From an uncultured Trueperaceae bacterium (lineage in GTDB: Bacteria > Deinococcota > Deinococci > Deinococcales > Trueperaceae): a stretch of DNA of 64,000 bases. The stretch lies in contig CAVSGP010000006.1 of the NCBI GenBank assembly GCA_963727505.1, forward strand, positions 32,001 to 96,000. Reading direction: 5' to 3'. This document shows, one piece after another, positions 48,208 through 59,868 of this stretch; position 1 is the first letter of the stretch; each line of letters starts with the position of its first letter. Under the pieces are notes generated by a model, which was not told the DNA's origin, did not search any database, and worked only from the letters and a program-made list of their open reading frames with translations. A program made the position numbers and the translations under genes.

Positions 48208-48714
48208 ATGGAGGACCCGGCTTCAGCGAACGGCATCGAAGTCCGCGAGGTCACGCTCCCCGGCGTCGGCAAGAAGTACGTCATGGGCCTCAGGGCGGGC
48301 GGAAACGTGGCGGTGGTGGTGCGGCCCGATGGCGAACGGCAGCTCCACCACTTCCTGGAGCACGGCGATCGTCCCCGTGACGTGGTCCGGGTGGACGCCG
48401 ACGAGGCGCAGCAGCTCGCCAACCTGCTCGGGCGGCCGGTGGTCCAGGCGCCGAGCGTCGAGGACCTCGATCTCATCCTGGGCGCCCTCGAGATCGACTG
48501 GGTCCCGCTCGGCGAGGCGTCTCCGCTGGCCGGTCGGGCGCTGGGCGCCTCGCAGATGCGCCAGCGCACCGGAGCGAGCGTCATCGCCATCCTGCGCGAA
48601 GGACGCGCCCTCGCCAACCCCGGGGTCGAAACGGTGTTCGAGCCCGGCGATACCCTCCTGCTGATCGGATCTCCCGCCCAGACGGACGCCGCCCGCGCCC
48701 TCATCGCCGGCTGA
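48208..48714 (+). CDS. TrkA-C/RCK_C regulatory subunit (KhtT-like)
   Basis: LPGVGKKY, RQRTGASVIAILR, NPG...GDTLLLIG. Confidence 0.88.
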   Translation: MEDPASANGIEVREVTLPGVGKKYVMGLRAGGNVAVVVRPDGERQLHHFLEHGDRPRDVVRVDADEAQQLANLLGRPVVQAPSVEDLDLILGALEIDWVPLGEASPLAGRALGASQMRQRTGASVIAILREGRALANPGVETVFEPGDTLLLIGSPAQTDAARALIAG

Positions 48715-48738
48715 CGCGCCGGCCTCGGAGCCAGGACC

Positions 48739-49941
48739 TTGACGCCGCTGCTCGAGCTCGGCCTCCTCGCCCTCGGGCTCTACCTCGCCGGCGAACTCAG
48801 CCGCCGGCTGGGGGTGTCGCCCGTGGTGGGCTACATCCTGCTCGGTATCCTGCTGGGACCGCACGGGGTCGTCCCGGTGTACCGCATCGGACCCACCACC
48901 GCGTTGCTGGGCGAGCTGGGTCTGCTTCTCCTGCTGTTCTACCTGGGCCTGGAGTTCTCCCTCGGGCGGTTGCTCGAGGGGACCGGCCCGACGCTGCTGG
49001 CTGGCGCCGTCGATCTGGCGAACTTCGCCGTCGGGTTCGGCGTGGCCGTCCTGCTGGGGTTCGGCTGGCTGGCCGGCCTGTTCCTGGGGGGCGTGGTGTA
49101 CGTCTCCAGCTCCGGCGTGATCGCCCGATTGCTGGCCGACAGCGATCTGCTGGCCTACCCCGAGGCGGAGCGCACGCTGGGCGTGCTGGTGTTCGAGGAC
49201 CTGGCGATGGTGGTCGTGCTGGTGGGACTGGGACTCCTCACCGCCGGCGGTGGCGGCTGGTCCTTCGCCGGCGCCGTGCTGTTCCTTGCCCTTTACGGCC
49301 TGCTGGCACGCTACGGGAAACGACTGCTGGCGCGCCTGCTGGACCTCGAAGGGGAGGCGCTGGCGCTGCTCTCCCTGGCGATGTTGGCGCTGGTGGCGGC
49401 AGGCGCCCTGGCGCTGGGGTTCCCGGCCGCGGTGGCCGCGTTCCTGCTGGGCATGGCGGTGGCCGAGTCCGGGCACCGGCCGCGGGTCGAGAGCGCGCTC
49501 CGCTCCTGGTACGACGTGGCGGCCGCCAGCTTCTTCCTGGTGGTGGGGCTGCATGTCGAGCTGGCGACCGCCCTGCGGGAGTTGCCGCTGGCGCTGCTGC
49601 TGGTGGCCGTCACGGTCGTCGCCGGCCTGATCACCGGCTTCCTGGGCGGGCGTGCCAGCGGGCTCAGCCGGCGCGCCGCAGTCGGGCACGGCCTGATGCT
49701 ACTGCCGCGCGGCGAGTTCTCGCTGGTGATCGCGAGCCTCGCCGCAGAGGCAGCCGCCCTGCCGGAGGGCACGCGCCAGGCGCTCCTCGGGGCGACCTCG
49801 CTGTACGTGGTGCTGATGGTGGTGATCGGGAGCGTCGTGTTCGCGCGCTTCGACGTCGTGAACGATCTCCTGAGCCGCCCGCTGCTGCCCGACGCCGAGC
49901 GCGAGGAGCAGGAGGCGCTCGAAGCGTTCCCGCTGGAGTGA
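48739..49941 (+). CDS. CPA2 cation:proton antiporter (KhtU-like)
   Basis: LLFYLGLEFS, VSSSGV, LVFEDL, PRGEFS. Confidence 0.9.
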   Translation: MTPLLELGLLALGLYLAGELSRRLGVSPVVGYILLGILLGPHGVVPVYRIGPTTALLGELGLLLLLFYLGLEFSLGRLLEGTGPTLLAGAVDLANFAVGFGVAVLLGFGWLAGLFLGGVVYVSSSGVIARLLADSDLLAYPEAERTLGVLVFEDLAMVVVLVGLGLLTAGGGGWSFAGAVLFLALYGLLARYGKRLLARLLDLEGEALALLSLAMLALVAAGALALGFPAAVAAFLLGMAVAESGHRPRVESALRSWYDVAAASFFLVVGLHVELATALRELPLALLLVAVTVVAGLITGFLGGRASGLSRRAAVGHGLMLLPRGEFSLVIASLAAEAAALPEGTRQALLGATSLYVVLMVVIGSVVFARFDVVNDLLSRPLLPDAEREEQEALEAFPLE

Positions 49942-49969
49942 CGCCGAAGGTCGTGGAGCCGGCGGCCCC

Positions 49970-52142
<2,173 letters not shown>

Positions 52143-52320
52143 AGACCGTTCGCCCTTCGCGACGGAACGCGGGCGCGCTCCGGCTCGGCAAGGATATCCA
52201 GTGCTATGGCAGGGGGCGGTGGGGGTCTTCACAACGTCCGGGATGCGGGCCGGGAAGCGGTGGTGGGGGATAAAGCTTCTCACGACGCCGTCCCAGTCGG
52301 CGCTGCTAGACTTAGTCGGC

Positions 52321-53322
52321 ATGCCGATGTTTCGCAAGGATCCGTTCGGCCGCGCCTGGGTTCTCATCTCCCCGGAGCGGGGCCTCGTGGCGTCGGACTT
52401 CGGCAGCGTGCTCCCGCTGCCCGAGCGCTCGCCGCTGTCGCCGGGAAACGAGCGCCAGACCGGCCCGGAGATCGCGGCGGTCCGGCCGAGCAGCACGTCG
52501 CCCGACGGTCCCGAGTGGCGTATGCGGGTCATCGCTCATCCCTCGGCGCTGGTCGAGCCCCGCAGCTTCCGGGAGGAGGGCGACGCCCTGTTCCGGCAGG
52601 CCGCGTCGAGCGGTTCCCAGGAGGTCATCGTCGAGCACCCTGACGCCAGCATGGCGCTCGACACCATGCCGCGCGCTCACCTGGTCGACGTGCTGCGGCT
52701 CTACCGCGAGCGCCTGGCGCTGCTGGCCGCCAAACCGGGGATCCGCCACGTGCAGATCACCCGCAACGTCGGTCGTGCCGCGGGCGCCCTGTTCGAGCAC
52801 CCGCACGCGCAGCTCCTGGCCGTTCCGGTGAGCAGCCGCTGGGTCGAGGAGGAGGTGGAGGCGGCCCGCAGCTACTACGGCGAGCACGGCAGTTGCCTCT
52901 TCTGCGACGTACTCGAGCGCGAGCTGGCAGAACGCGCGCGGGTCATCACCCACAACGAAGGGTTCGTCGCCATCGCGCCCTTCGCCGCCAAGACCCCGTT
53001 CGAGACCTGGATCCTGCCGCGCGAGCACGGTAGCGCCTACACCGGGGTGGCCGCCAACACCTTGCCGCTCCTGGCCGACCTGCTCCAGACGGTGATTCGC
53101 GCCCTCAACGACGCCCTCGATCACCCGCCGTACAATCTCCTGGTGCATACGCTCCCGACCGCCGGCGACCGCAGCTTCCACTGGCACATCGAGGTGCTCC
53201 CGCGGCTCACACAGCAGGCGGGCTTCGACTGGGGGAGCGGCTTCTACGTGAACCCGACGCCGCCCGAGGACGCCGCCCGGTTCCTGCGCGAGGCGCTCGC
53301 CCTGCAAGAGGTGCAGGAGTGA
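52321..53322 (+). CDS. galT: GalT/ADP-glucose phosphorylase-like HIT-superfamily nucleotidyltransferase
   Basis: RKDP..WVLI..ER, HPHAQ, CLFC, PFA...FETWILP, FHWHIE. Confidence 0.8.
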   Translation: MPMFRKDPFGRAWVLISPERGLVASDFGSVLPLPERSPLSPGNERQTGPEIAAVRPSSTSPDGPEWRMRVIAHPSALVEPRSFREEGDALFRQAASSGSQEVIVEHPDASMALDTMPRAHLVDVLRLYRERLALLAAKPGIRHVQITRNVGRAAGALFEHPHAQLLAVPVSSRWVEEEVEAARSYYGEHGSCLFCDVLERELAERARVITHNEGFVAIAPFAAKTPFETWILPREHGSAYTGVAANTLPLLADLLQTVIRALNDALDHPPYNLLVHTLPTAGDRSFHWHIEVLPRLTQQAGFDWGSGFYVNPTPPEDAARFLREALALQEVQE

Positions 53323-53711
53323 GCACCGCGCCCAGGCACCTGCTCGACGGACCGGCCGATACGGCGGCCGAGCCCGAGAAGCGCTCCCGCCGACGGCGCA
53401 CCGCCGCGGCGCGCGGGGCCCACCGCGTGATCACGGCGCTGGCCCTGGTAGGCAGCCTCCACGCCCTGTTCCTGCTGGGCGTCGAGACGTGGCGCTTCGT
53501 GGTCGAGCAGCGGGCGGTGGCCCACCTGGAGAGCCAGGTGACCGATCTGAAGCGCCAGGCCGGGGGGCTCCAGCAGGTGATCGACCATGCCAGCGACAGC
53601 CGCTACCGGGAGGACCTGGCCCGCCGCCAGGGCTACATGTACCCGGACGAGCAGCGGGCAGTGACGCAGCAACCCGCACCGCCGACTGCCGGAGCCACGG
53701 GCACCCCCTGA
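53319..53711 (+). CDS. Septum formation initiator (FtsB/DivIC-like)
   Basis: TM helix, coiled coil, YREDLARRQGYMYPDE. Confidence 0.75.
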   Translation: MSTAPRHLLDGPADTAAEPEKRSRRRRTAAARGAHRVITALALVGSLHALFLLGVETWRFVVEQRAVAHLESQVTDLKRQAGGLQQVIDHASDSRYREDLARRQGYMYPDEQRAVTQQPAPPTAGATGTP

Positions 53712-53825
53712 GCGAACGCCGCGCCGATACAGCGTGCCCGCGCCACCGCGGCCCCGCAATCGTGGGCCGCGCGGGTCGCGGGGCACGGTATCCTGGGTGC
53801 ATGCCAGAGGGCGGAGGCTGATTCC

Positions 53826-55391
53826 GTGTCCGACGATACCTTGGCTTGGATGAACGAGCTCACGGCCGAGATGGAGGAGCGGCGCAAGCGCGTCGTTACA
53901 GGGGGCGGCGAGGAGCGCGTCCGCAAGCAGCACGAGGCGGGCAAGCTGACCGCCCGCGAGCGCATCGAGGCACTCCTCGACGAGGGGAGCTTCGTCGAGC
54001 TCGGCGTGTTCGTGAAGCACCGGGGCGGCGAGCTGATGGACGGCATCGAGGCCCCCGGCGAGGGCGTGGTCACCGGCTACGGCGCCATCGACGGTCGCAC
54101 CGTGTTCGTGTTCAGTCAGGACTTCACCGTGCTGGGCGGCAGCCTTGGGAAGATGCACGGCGCCAAGATCGCGACCGTGATGGACCTGGCGGTGAAGACG
54201 GGCGCGCCCATCATCGGGCTGAACGACTCGGCGGGCGCCCGCATCCAGGAGGGGGTCGACTCGCTCTCCGGCTACGGCGAGGTCTTCTACCGCAACGCCG
54301 TCTACTCCGGCGTGGTGCCGCAGCTCTCCGCCATCCTCGGCCCTTGCGCCGGCGGCGCGGTCTACAGCCCCGCCCTCACCGACTTCGTGGTGATGGCCAA
54401 GGGCAGCTCCTACATGTTCATCACGGGACCCGAGGTGATCAAGCAGGTCACCAAGGAAGACGTCAGCTTCGAGGGGCTGGGCGGCGCCGAGGTGCACAAC
54501 CGCAAGTCGGGCGTGGCCCACCTCGAGGCGGAGGACGACGCGATGGTCCTCGCGAAGCTGCGCGAGCTGCTGGCGTACCTGCCGCAGTCGGCCAGGGAGG
54601 CGCCGCCGCGCCGGCCCACCCGCGATCCCGAGGAGCGCGAGACGCCCGAGTTGCTCTCCATCGTGCACCCGGACCAGCGCCGGCCCTACCCCATGATCGA
54701 GGTGGTGCATGCCCTGGTCGACGACCAGCGCTTCCTGGAGATCCAGCCCGACTTCGCTCGCAACATCATCGTGGGATTCGCCCACCTCGGCGGGCGTTCG
54801 GTGGGGATCGTGGCGAACAATCCCCGACACCTGGCCGGCACGCTCAACATCGACGCCAGCGACAAGGCGGCGCGTTTCATCCGCACGTGCGACGCCTTCA
54901 ACATCCCACTGATCACCTTCGTCGACGTCACCGGCTTCATGCCGGGTGTGGCACAGGAGCACGCGGGCATCATCCGGCACGGCGCCAAGATGCTCTACGC
55001 TTACGCCGAGGCCACCGTGCCCAAGATCACGGTGATCGTGCGCAAGAGCTACGGGGGTGCTTACCTGGCCATGAACTCCCGGGACATGGGTTCGGACGTG
55101 GTCCTGGCGTGGCCGACCTCGGCGGTGGCGGTGATGGGGGCTGAGGGCGCGGCGAGCATCATCTACCGCCGCGAGATCCAGGGCGCGACGGATCCCGCGG
55201 GCGTGCGCAGCCAGCGTATCGTCGAGTACCGCCAGCGCTTCGACAATCCCTACGTGGCCGCCGGCCACGGCTACATCGACGACGTCATCGACCCCAAGGA
55301 CACGCGTCGCCACCTCATCCGGCACCTGGGCATGCTGGAGGGCAAGGAGCAGACGCTGCCGTTCAAGAAGCACGGCAACATGCCGCTGTAG
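53826..55391 (+). CDS. pccB: Acyl-CoA carboxylase carboxyltransferase subunit (PccB-like)
   Basis: GKLTARERI, QDFTVLGGS, GARIQEG, GPCAGG, KKHGNMPL. Confidence 0.92.
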   Translation: MSDDTLAWMNELTAEMEERRKRVVTGGGEERVRKQHEAGKLTARERIEALLDEGSFVELGVFVKHRGGELMDGIEAPGEGVVTGYGAIDGRTVFVFSQDFTVLGGSLGKMHGAKIATVMDLAVKTGAPIIGLNDSAGARIQEGVDSLSGYGEVFYRNAVYSGVVPQLSAILGPCAGGAVYSPALTDFVVMAKGSSYMFITGPEVIKQVTKEDVSFEGLGGAEVHNRKSGVAHLEAEDDAMVLAKLRELLAYLPQSAREAPPRRPTRDPEERETPELLSIVHPDQRRPYPMIEVVHALVDDQRFLEIQPDFARNIIVGFAHLGGRSVGIVANNPRHLAGTLNIDASDKAARFIRTCDAFNIPLITFVDVTGFMPGVAQEHAGIIRHGAKMLYAYAEATVPKITVIVRKSYGGAYLAMNSRDMGSDVVLAWPTSAVAVMGAEGAASIIYRREIQGATDPAGVRSQRIVEYRQRFDNPYVAAGHGYIDDVIDPKDTRRHLIRHLGMLEGKEQTLPFKKHGNMPL

Positions 55392-55420
55392 CAGCACCCG
55401 CTGCGACGAAGGGGCCCCGC

Positions 55421-56710
55421 TCAGGCCTCGGCGAGCTCGTCCAGCCTCACGCGCCGCGCCTCGGCTCGCGAGCGCTCGGCGGCGAACGCCATGACATGAC
55501 TCTCGATCGAGGCCGCGAGCTCGCTGGGCGCGGCGTCGATCGGCTGGCCCTCGTTGCGCCGCCTCAGCCGCTGCAGATAGTCCACCACGAGGGCGTCGTC
55601 GCCGCCGGCGTGACGCGCGCCGGCGCCGCCGACGGTGATGCGTTCGCGGCGGTCGTGGGCGAAGTCGTGGAGCTCGAGCCAACCCTCGTCGAGGTCGCCA
55701 CGGATCTCCCCGTGTGTGCCCATGACGTGGAGGGTCCGCGTGATCGCGGCGCTGAAGGCCTGGACCGTGAGGGAGACCGCGACCCCGTTGGCGAAGGCGA
55801 GCTGCACCAGCTGGTGGTCGGCGACGTCGTTGTCGCTGCGGTACACGCAGCGGCCGTAGGGCCCGGTGCGCAGGGCGTCGAGGAGGGCGCCCGCGCCTCC
55901 CTCGGGCGCGACCACGCTGTTGGGCCAGTCGGCCACGCCCTCGAAGCGCTCGAGGTAGATCCGGATGGCGGAGTAGGGGCAGCTGCGCTCGACCGCGCAG
56001 CCGTCCATGCAGCGGTCGGTCGCGCCGTCGGGGGCGTTCTCGGGGCGGAAGTGCGCCAGGCCGCCGATCGACGTGAGGGCCTCGCAAGGCTCGCCCACCA
56101 GCCAGCGCAGGATGTCCAGGTCGTGGCAGGCCTTGGCCAGCAGCATCGGGCTGCTGTCGGCCTCGCGGCGCCAGTTGCCCCGGACGTAGCTGTGCGCGAA
56201 GTGGTAGTAGCCGATGTTCTCCGTGTGCTGGATGGCGACGGTTCGGCCGATCCGCCCCTGGCTCAGAAGCTCCTTGAGCGTCCGGAAGAAACCCGTGTAG
56301 CGCAGCACGTGCGCGACCGTGACCGTTCCCGCTCCGGGCTGGGCGGCGGCGGCCTGGATCGCGCGCACGCCGTCGAGGTCTGGCGCGATGGGCTTCTCGA
56401 GCAGGACGTGGATGCCCCGGTCGAGGGCGGCAACGGTGGGTGCGACGTGGTGCCGATCGGGCGTGGCGACGACGACGCCGTCGAGGGGGCCGACCTTCTC
56501 GAGGAGGTCGTCCGCGGTGTCGAACAGGGCGTCGTTGGCCAGGCCGAAATGGCGACCCACGCGTCGCAGCCGCTCGGGGCTGGCGTCGGCGACGGCGGCG
56601 ATCCGGGCCTGACCGGCGTGGCGAGCGATGAGCTCACCGTAGACGTCGGCGCCGCGGTTGCCGGCGCCCAGGATGGCGATCTGGAGGGGTGCGTCAGAGG
56701 GGGTGGGCAT
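55421..56710 (-). CDS. Gfo/Idh/MocA family oxidoreductase
   Basis: ILGAGNRG, LLEKP, HSYVRGNWR, KACHDLD. Confidence 0.92.
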   Translation of the reverse strand: MPTPSDAPLQIAILGAGNRGADVYGELIARHAGQARIAAVADASPERLRRVGRHFGLANDALFDTADDLLEKVGPLDGVVVATPDRHHVAPTVAALDRGIHVLLEKPIAPDLDGVRAIQAAAAQPGAGTVTVAHVLRYTGFFRTLKELLSQGRIGRTVAIQHTENIGYYHFAHSYVRGNWRREADSSPMLLAKACHDLDILRWLVGEPCEALTSIGGLAHFRPENAPDGATDRCMDGCAVERSCPYSAIRIYLERFEGVADWPNSVVAPEGGAGALLDALRTGPYGRCVYRSDNDVADHQLVQLAFANGVAVSLTVQAFSAAITRTLHVMGTHGEIRGDLDEGWLELHDFAHDRRERITVGGAGARHAGGDDALVVDYLQRLRRRNEGQPIDAAPSELAASIESHVMAFAAERSRAEARRVRLDELAEA

Positions 56711-56736
56711 GGACTCTCCTGGCTGGTGAGGGGCGG

Positions 56737-57579
56737 TCAGCCCTTCAGGGCGCCCGCGGTGATGCCACGGACGAACACGCCCTGGACGGAGCTGAACAGT
56801 AGGGCGACGGGAACGGTGGCGAGGATCCCCCCCGCCATCAGCAGGTTCCAGTAGACGATGTTCTGCCCCACGAAGCGCGACATCGCGAGCGGGATGGGGT
56901 AGAGCTGGGCGTTGTTGAGGAACACGAGCGGGAAGATGAGGGCGTTCCAGGCGAAGATGAAGGTGTAGATGCCGGCCATGGCGATCCCTGGTGCGGCGAG
57001 CGGCAATACCACGTGGCGCAGGCTGCTGAGTCGCGAGCAGCCGTCGATCATGGCCGCCTCCTCGAGGTCGGGGGGGATGCTCTCGAGGTAGCCGTGCAGG
57101 AGCCAGAGCGCGATGGGGATGGCGAGCGCGCTCTCCGCCAGGATGACGGACAGGTAGGTGTTGAGCAAGTGGTAGCCCCGCATCATCTGGTAGAGCGACA
57201 CGATCATGACGACGGGCGAGAACATCTGCGTGGCGAGCGCGGTGAACAGGAGCGCCTGCCTGCCGCGGAAACGGAACCGGGAGAGGCCGTAGGCCGCCAG
57301 GAAGCCCAGGACGATGGCGATACCCGACGTGGCCGCGGCGATGATGGCGCTGTTCAGGTAGGCCCGACCGAACTGGTAGCCCCCGGTCAGGACCTCGACG
57401 TAGTTGTGTAGAGACCAGTGTTGCGGCCACCAGCTCGGCGGCCAGCTGAAGAGGTCGTTGAACGCCGTGACCGAGGTCTTCAGCATGACGTAGACCGGGA
57501 ACAGCATCACGAGCAACAGCACGATCAGCGCCAGGTGCTTGCCCAGAAGCGCGAGGCGGGCGGTGCGCACGGTGGTCAC
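56737..57579 (-). CDS. Carbohydrate ABC transporter permease
   Basis: EEAAMIDG EAA loop, FIFAWN. Confidence 0.92.
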   Translation of the reverse strand: MTTVRTARLALLGKHLALIVLLLVMLFPVYVMLKTSVTAFNDLFSWPPSWWPQHWSLHNYVEVLTGGYQFGRAYLNSAIIAAATSGIAIVLGFLAAYGLSRFRFRGRQALLFTALATQMFSPVVMIVSLYQMMRGYHLLNTYLSVILAESALAIPIALWLLHGYLESIPPDLEEAAMIDGCSRLSSLRHVVLPLAAPGIAMAGIYTFIFAWNALIFPLVFLNNAQLYPIPLAMSRFVGQNIVYWNLLMAGGILATVPVALLFSSVQGVFVRGITAGALKG

Positions 57580-58520
57580 GCTCCCCTCTGGAGGAGGCGC
57601 CAGTACCCGAAGGACAGCGCCGTGAGCAGCAAGAACACGAAGGTCGCGAGGGCCGCGGCCTGACCGAAGTCGAACGAGCCGAACGCGGTCGTGAAGGTGC
57701 GCACCACCAGGGTGGTGGTGGCACCTGCGGGGCCGCCGCGCGTGAGGGGCCAGATCACCTGGAAGGAGTTGAAGGTCCATACGCTGGAGAGCAGTGTCGC
57801 CACCAGCAGGATCGGGCGGACCATCGGCAACGTGATGTGCCTGAACACCTGCGCGGCCGTCGCGCCGTCGATATGGGCGGCCTCGTAGAGTTCGTTGGGG
57901 ACAGACTGCAATCCCGCCATCAGGACCATCGCCATGAACGGGATGCCCACCCACATGTCCACCGCTGCGGTGGCTACGAAGGCGGTGCCCTGCTGGCCGA
58001 GCCAGGAGATTGGGTGAGGAATCACGCCGAGCGCTGACAGCAGCCCGTTGAGCTGGCCGAACTGACCGTCGAGGACCCAGCGCCAGGCGATCGCCGCGAT
58101 CACGACCGGCGTCACCCAAGGCACCATCAGCAGGGTCAGGTAGATGCGCCGCCCGCGGAAGGGGTGCTGCAGGAGCATGGCGGCGGCGAATCCGAAGAGA
58201 GTCTTCCCGCCGACCGACAGGAGCGTCCACAGCGCCGTGATCCGCAATGCCCTGAGCACTTCGGTGTTGCTCAGGAGGGCAGCGTAGTTGCCGAACCCGA
58301 TGAAGGTGCGTCCGAGATCGGGTCGGATGAGGATGTCGCGATAGAGCGACTCGACCATGACCTTGATGATCGGGTAGGCGAGGAACAGGGCGAGGAAGAG
58401 AATCGTGGGGATGAGATAGGGGAGGGGCGAGGCGTCCGGGCTCAGCGTTCGCCTCAGCAACGAGGGCCCGAGCGAGCTGCGCGCTCGGGGGCGGTCGTGA
58501 GGTGATCTCGGAGTGGACAT
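57576..58520 (-). CDS. Carbohydrate ABC transporter permease
   Basis: ELYEAAHIDGA, LTRGGP. Confidence 0.92.
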   Translation of the reverse strand: MSTPRSPHDRPRARSSLGPSLLRRTLSPDASPLPYLIPTILFLALFLAYPIIKVMVESLYRDILIRPDLGRTFIGFGNYAALLSNTEVLRALRITALWTLLSVGGKTLFGFAAAMLLQHPFRGRRIYLTLLMVPWVTPVVIAAIAWRWVLDGQFGQLNGLLSALGVIPHPISWLGQQGTAFVATAAVDMWVGIPFMAMVLMAGLQSVPNELYEAAHIDGATAAQVFRHITLPMVRPILLVATLLSSVWTFNSFQVIWPLTRGGPAGATTTLVVRTFTTAFGSFDFGQAAALATFVFLLLTALSFGYWRLLQRGA

Positions 58521-58527
58521 GAGGGGG

Positions 58528-58558
58528 GGAAGGGGCGGCCTTGAAGGCCGCCCCTTCC
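58528..58558 (-). other. Intercistronic hairpin after the substrate-binding gene (mRNA stability or attenuation)
   Basis: GGAAGGGGCGGCC-ttgaa-GGCCGCCCCTTCC. Confidence 0.7.
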
Positions 58559-58566
58559 TCAGGAAC

Positions 58567-59829
58567 CTACTGGCTCGACGCCGCTGCCGGCTCGAGCTTC
58601 TTGTCCTGGATGGCCTTGGTGGCGATCTGGAGCGCCTGCTCGGGGGTCTGCTTGCCGAGCAGGACGTTCTGGATCATGTCGGTGATGATGGTCTGGAACG
58701 GCTCCCATGCCAGCGGCTGGGGTTGCGGGAAGCCCTGGGAGATCATCGCCAGGTAGGGCTTCCAGAACGCGCCCTCGAAGGCCGCATTGGTCTGCTCGCC
58801 CTGGACCATGGGGACGAGCCCGCCGTTCAGGTCGAAGGTGGTGTGAGCCTCGAGCGACGTCCAGTAGTCGACGAAGGCGTAGGCCTCCTTGGGGTGCTGC
58901 GTGTTCTTGGCGATGACGATCGAGTCGCCCACCTGGATACCGCCACAGCGGACGTCGCACGGCAGGGTTGCCGTGGCGTAGGGAGCGTCGGCGTTGTTCG
59001 GGTCGAGCCCCATGATGCCCTTGCCCCACGGGCCGGTGATCATCATGGCGATCTTGCCTTGCTTGAACAGCACCGGAAGCTGCTCGCGGTTGTACTCGAC
59101 GGGGTTCGGCGCCACATGGTCGGTCTTGTACAGGTCGGTGTAGAACGTGAGCGCCTTGACGCCGGCGGGCGTATCGAGGCTGACGTTGCCCTGGTCGTCG
59201 AACACCGAGCCACCGGCCTGGTACAGGAAGCTGAAGAACTGGCTGGTGGTGGACACGTGGGCGGCGCCGGAGATGCCGATACCGAACATGCCGGGGTGCT
59301 CCTGGGTGACCTTCTTGGCGTCGGCCAGAAGCTCGTCCCAGGTCTTCGGAGGCTGCGGGATCAGGTCGGTCCGGTAGTACAGGGCCTTGGTGGAGAAGGC
59401 GACCGGGAGCCCCATCAGCTTGCCGTTGAACTCGTTGCCCGTCAGCACGCCGGAGGGGAACGAATCACGCTTGGCCTGGTTGACATAGCTGTCGAGCGGC
59501 AGCAGGCCGCCGAGCTGCGAGAACGGGGCGATCCAGCGGCCACCGATGTAGATGACGTCGGGTGCGTTGCCTGCCAGGAGGTCGGTGGCGATCTTCTGGT
59601 AGGCGGAGTCCCAGCCGACGCTCTGGAACACGACCTTGATGTCGGGATGGGCCTGCTCGAAGCCGGCGACGAGCGTCTTGACGGTCTCTTGGGCCTGGGG
59701 CTGGTCACCGCCGGGGTAGAGCACGTGGATCGTGGTCGTCTGCGCGCTGGCGATCGCAAGGAATGCCGCCACGACGATCATTGCGACGAGCGTGAAGGGT
59801 CTGGGGCCCCGGCAAAGGAATCGCGTCAT
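58567..59829 (-). CDS. Sugar ABC transporter substrate-binding protein
   Basis: Signal peptide, FEQAHPDIKV, APDV, LYYRTDL, PKTWDEL. Confidence 0.92.
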   Translation of the reverse strand: MTRFLCRGPRPFTLVAMIVVAAFLAIASAQTTTIHVLYPGGDQPQAQETVKTLVAGFEQAHPDIKVVFQSVGWDSAYQKIATDLLAGNAPDVIYIGGRWIAPFSQLGGLLPLDSYVNQAKRDSFPSGVLTGNEFNGKLMGLPVAFSTKALYYRTDLIPQPPKTWDELLADAKKVTQEHPGMFGIGISGAAHVSTTSQFFSFLYQAGGSVFDDQGNVSLDTPAGVKALTFYTDLYKTDHVAPNPVEYNREQLPVLFKQGKIAMMITGPWGKGIMGLDPNNADAPYATATLPCDVRCGGIQVGDSIVIAKNTQHPKEAYAFVDYWTSLEAHTTFDLNGGLVPMVQGEQTNAAFEGAFWKPYLAMISQGFPQPQPLAWEPFQTIITDMIQNVLLGKQTPEQALQIATKAIQDKKLEPAAASSQ

Positions 59830-59868
59830 CGTTACCTCCAAGTGTGGGAACGGGGTTTGACGGGCTCA

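Noticed and set aside
55421..57724. Apparent 767-aa fusion on the Gfo/Idh/MocA gene
   Set aside because: The upstream part is an alternative frame of the permease; the real start is ATG 56710 after GGAG
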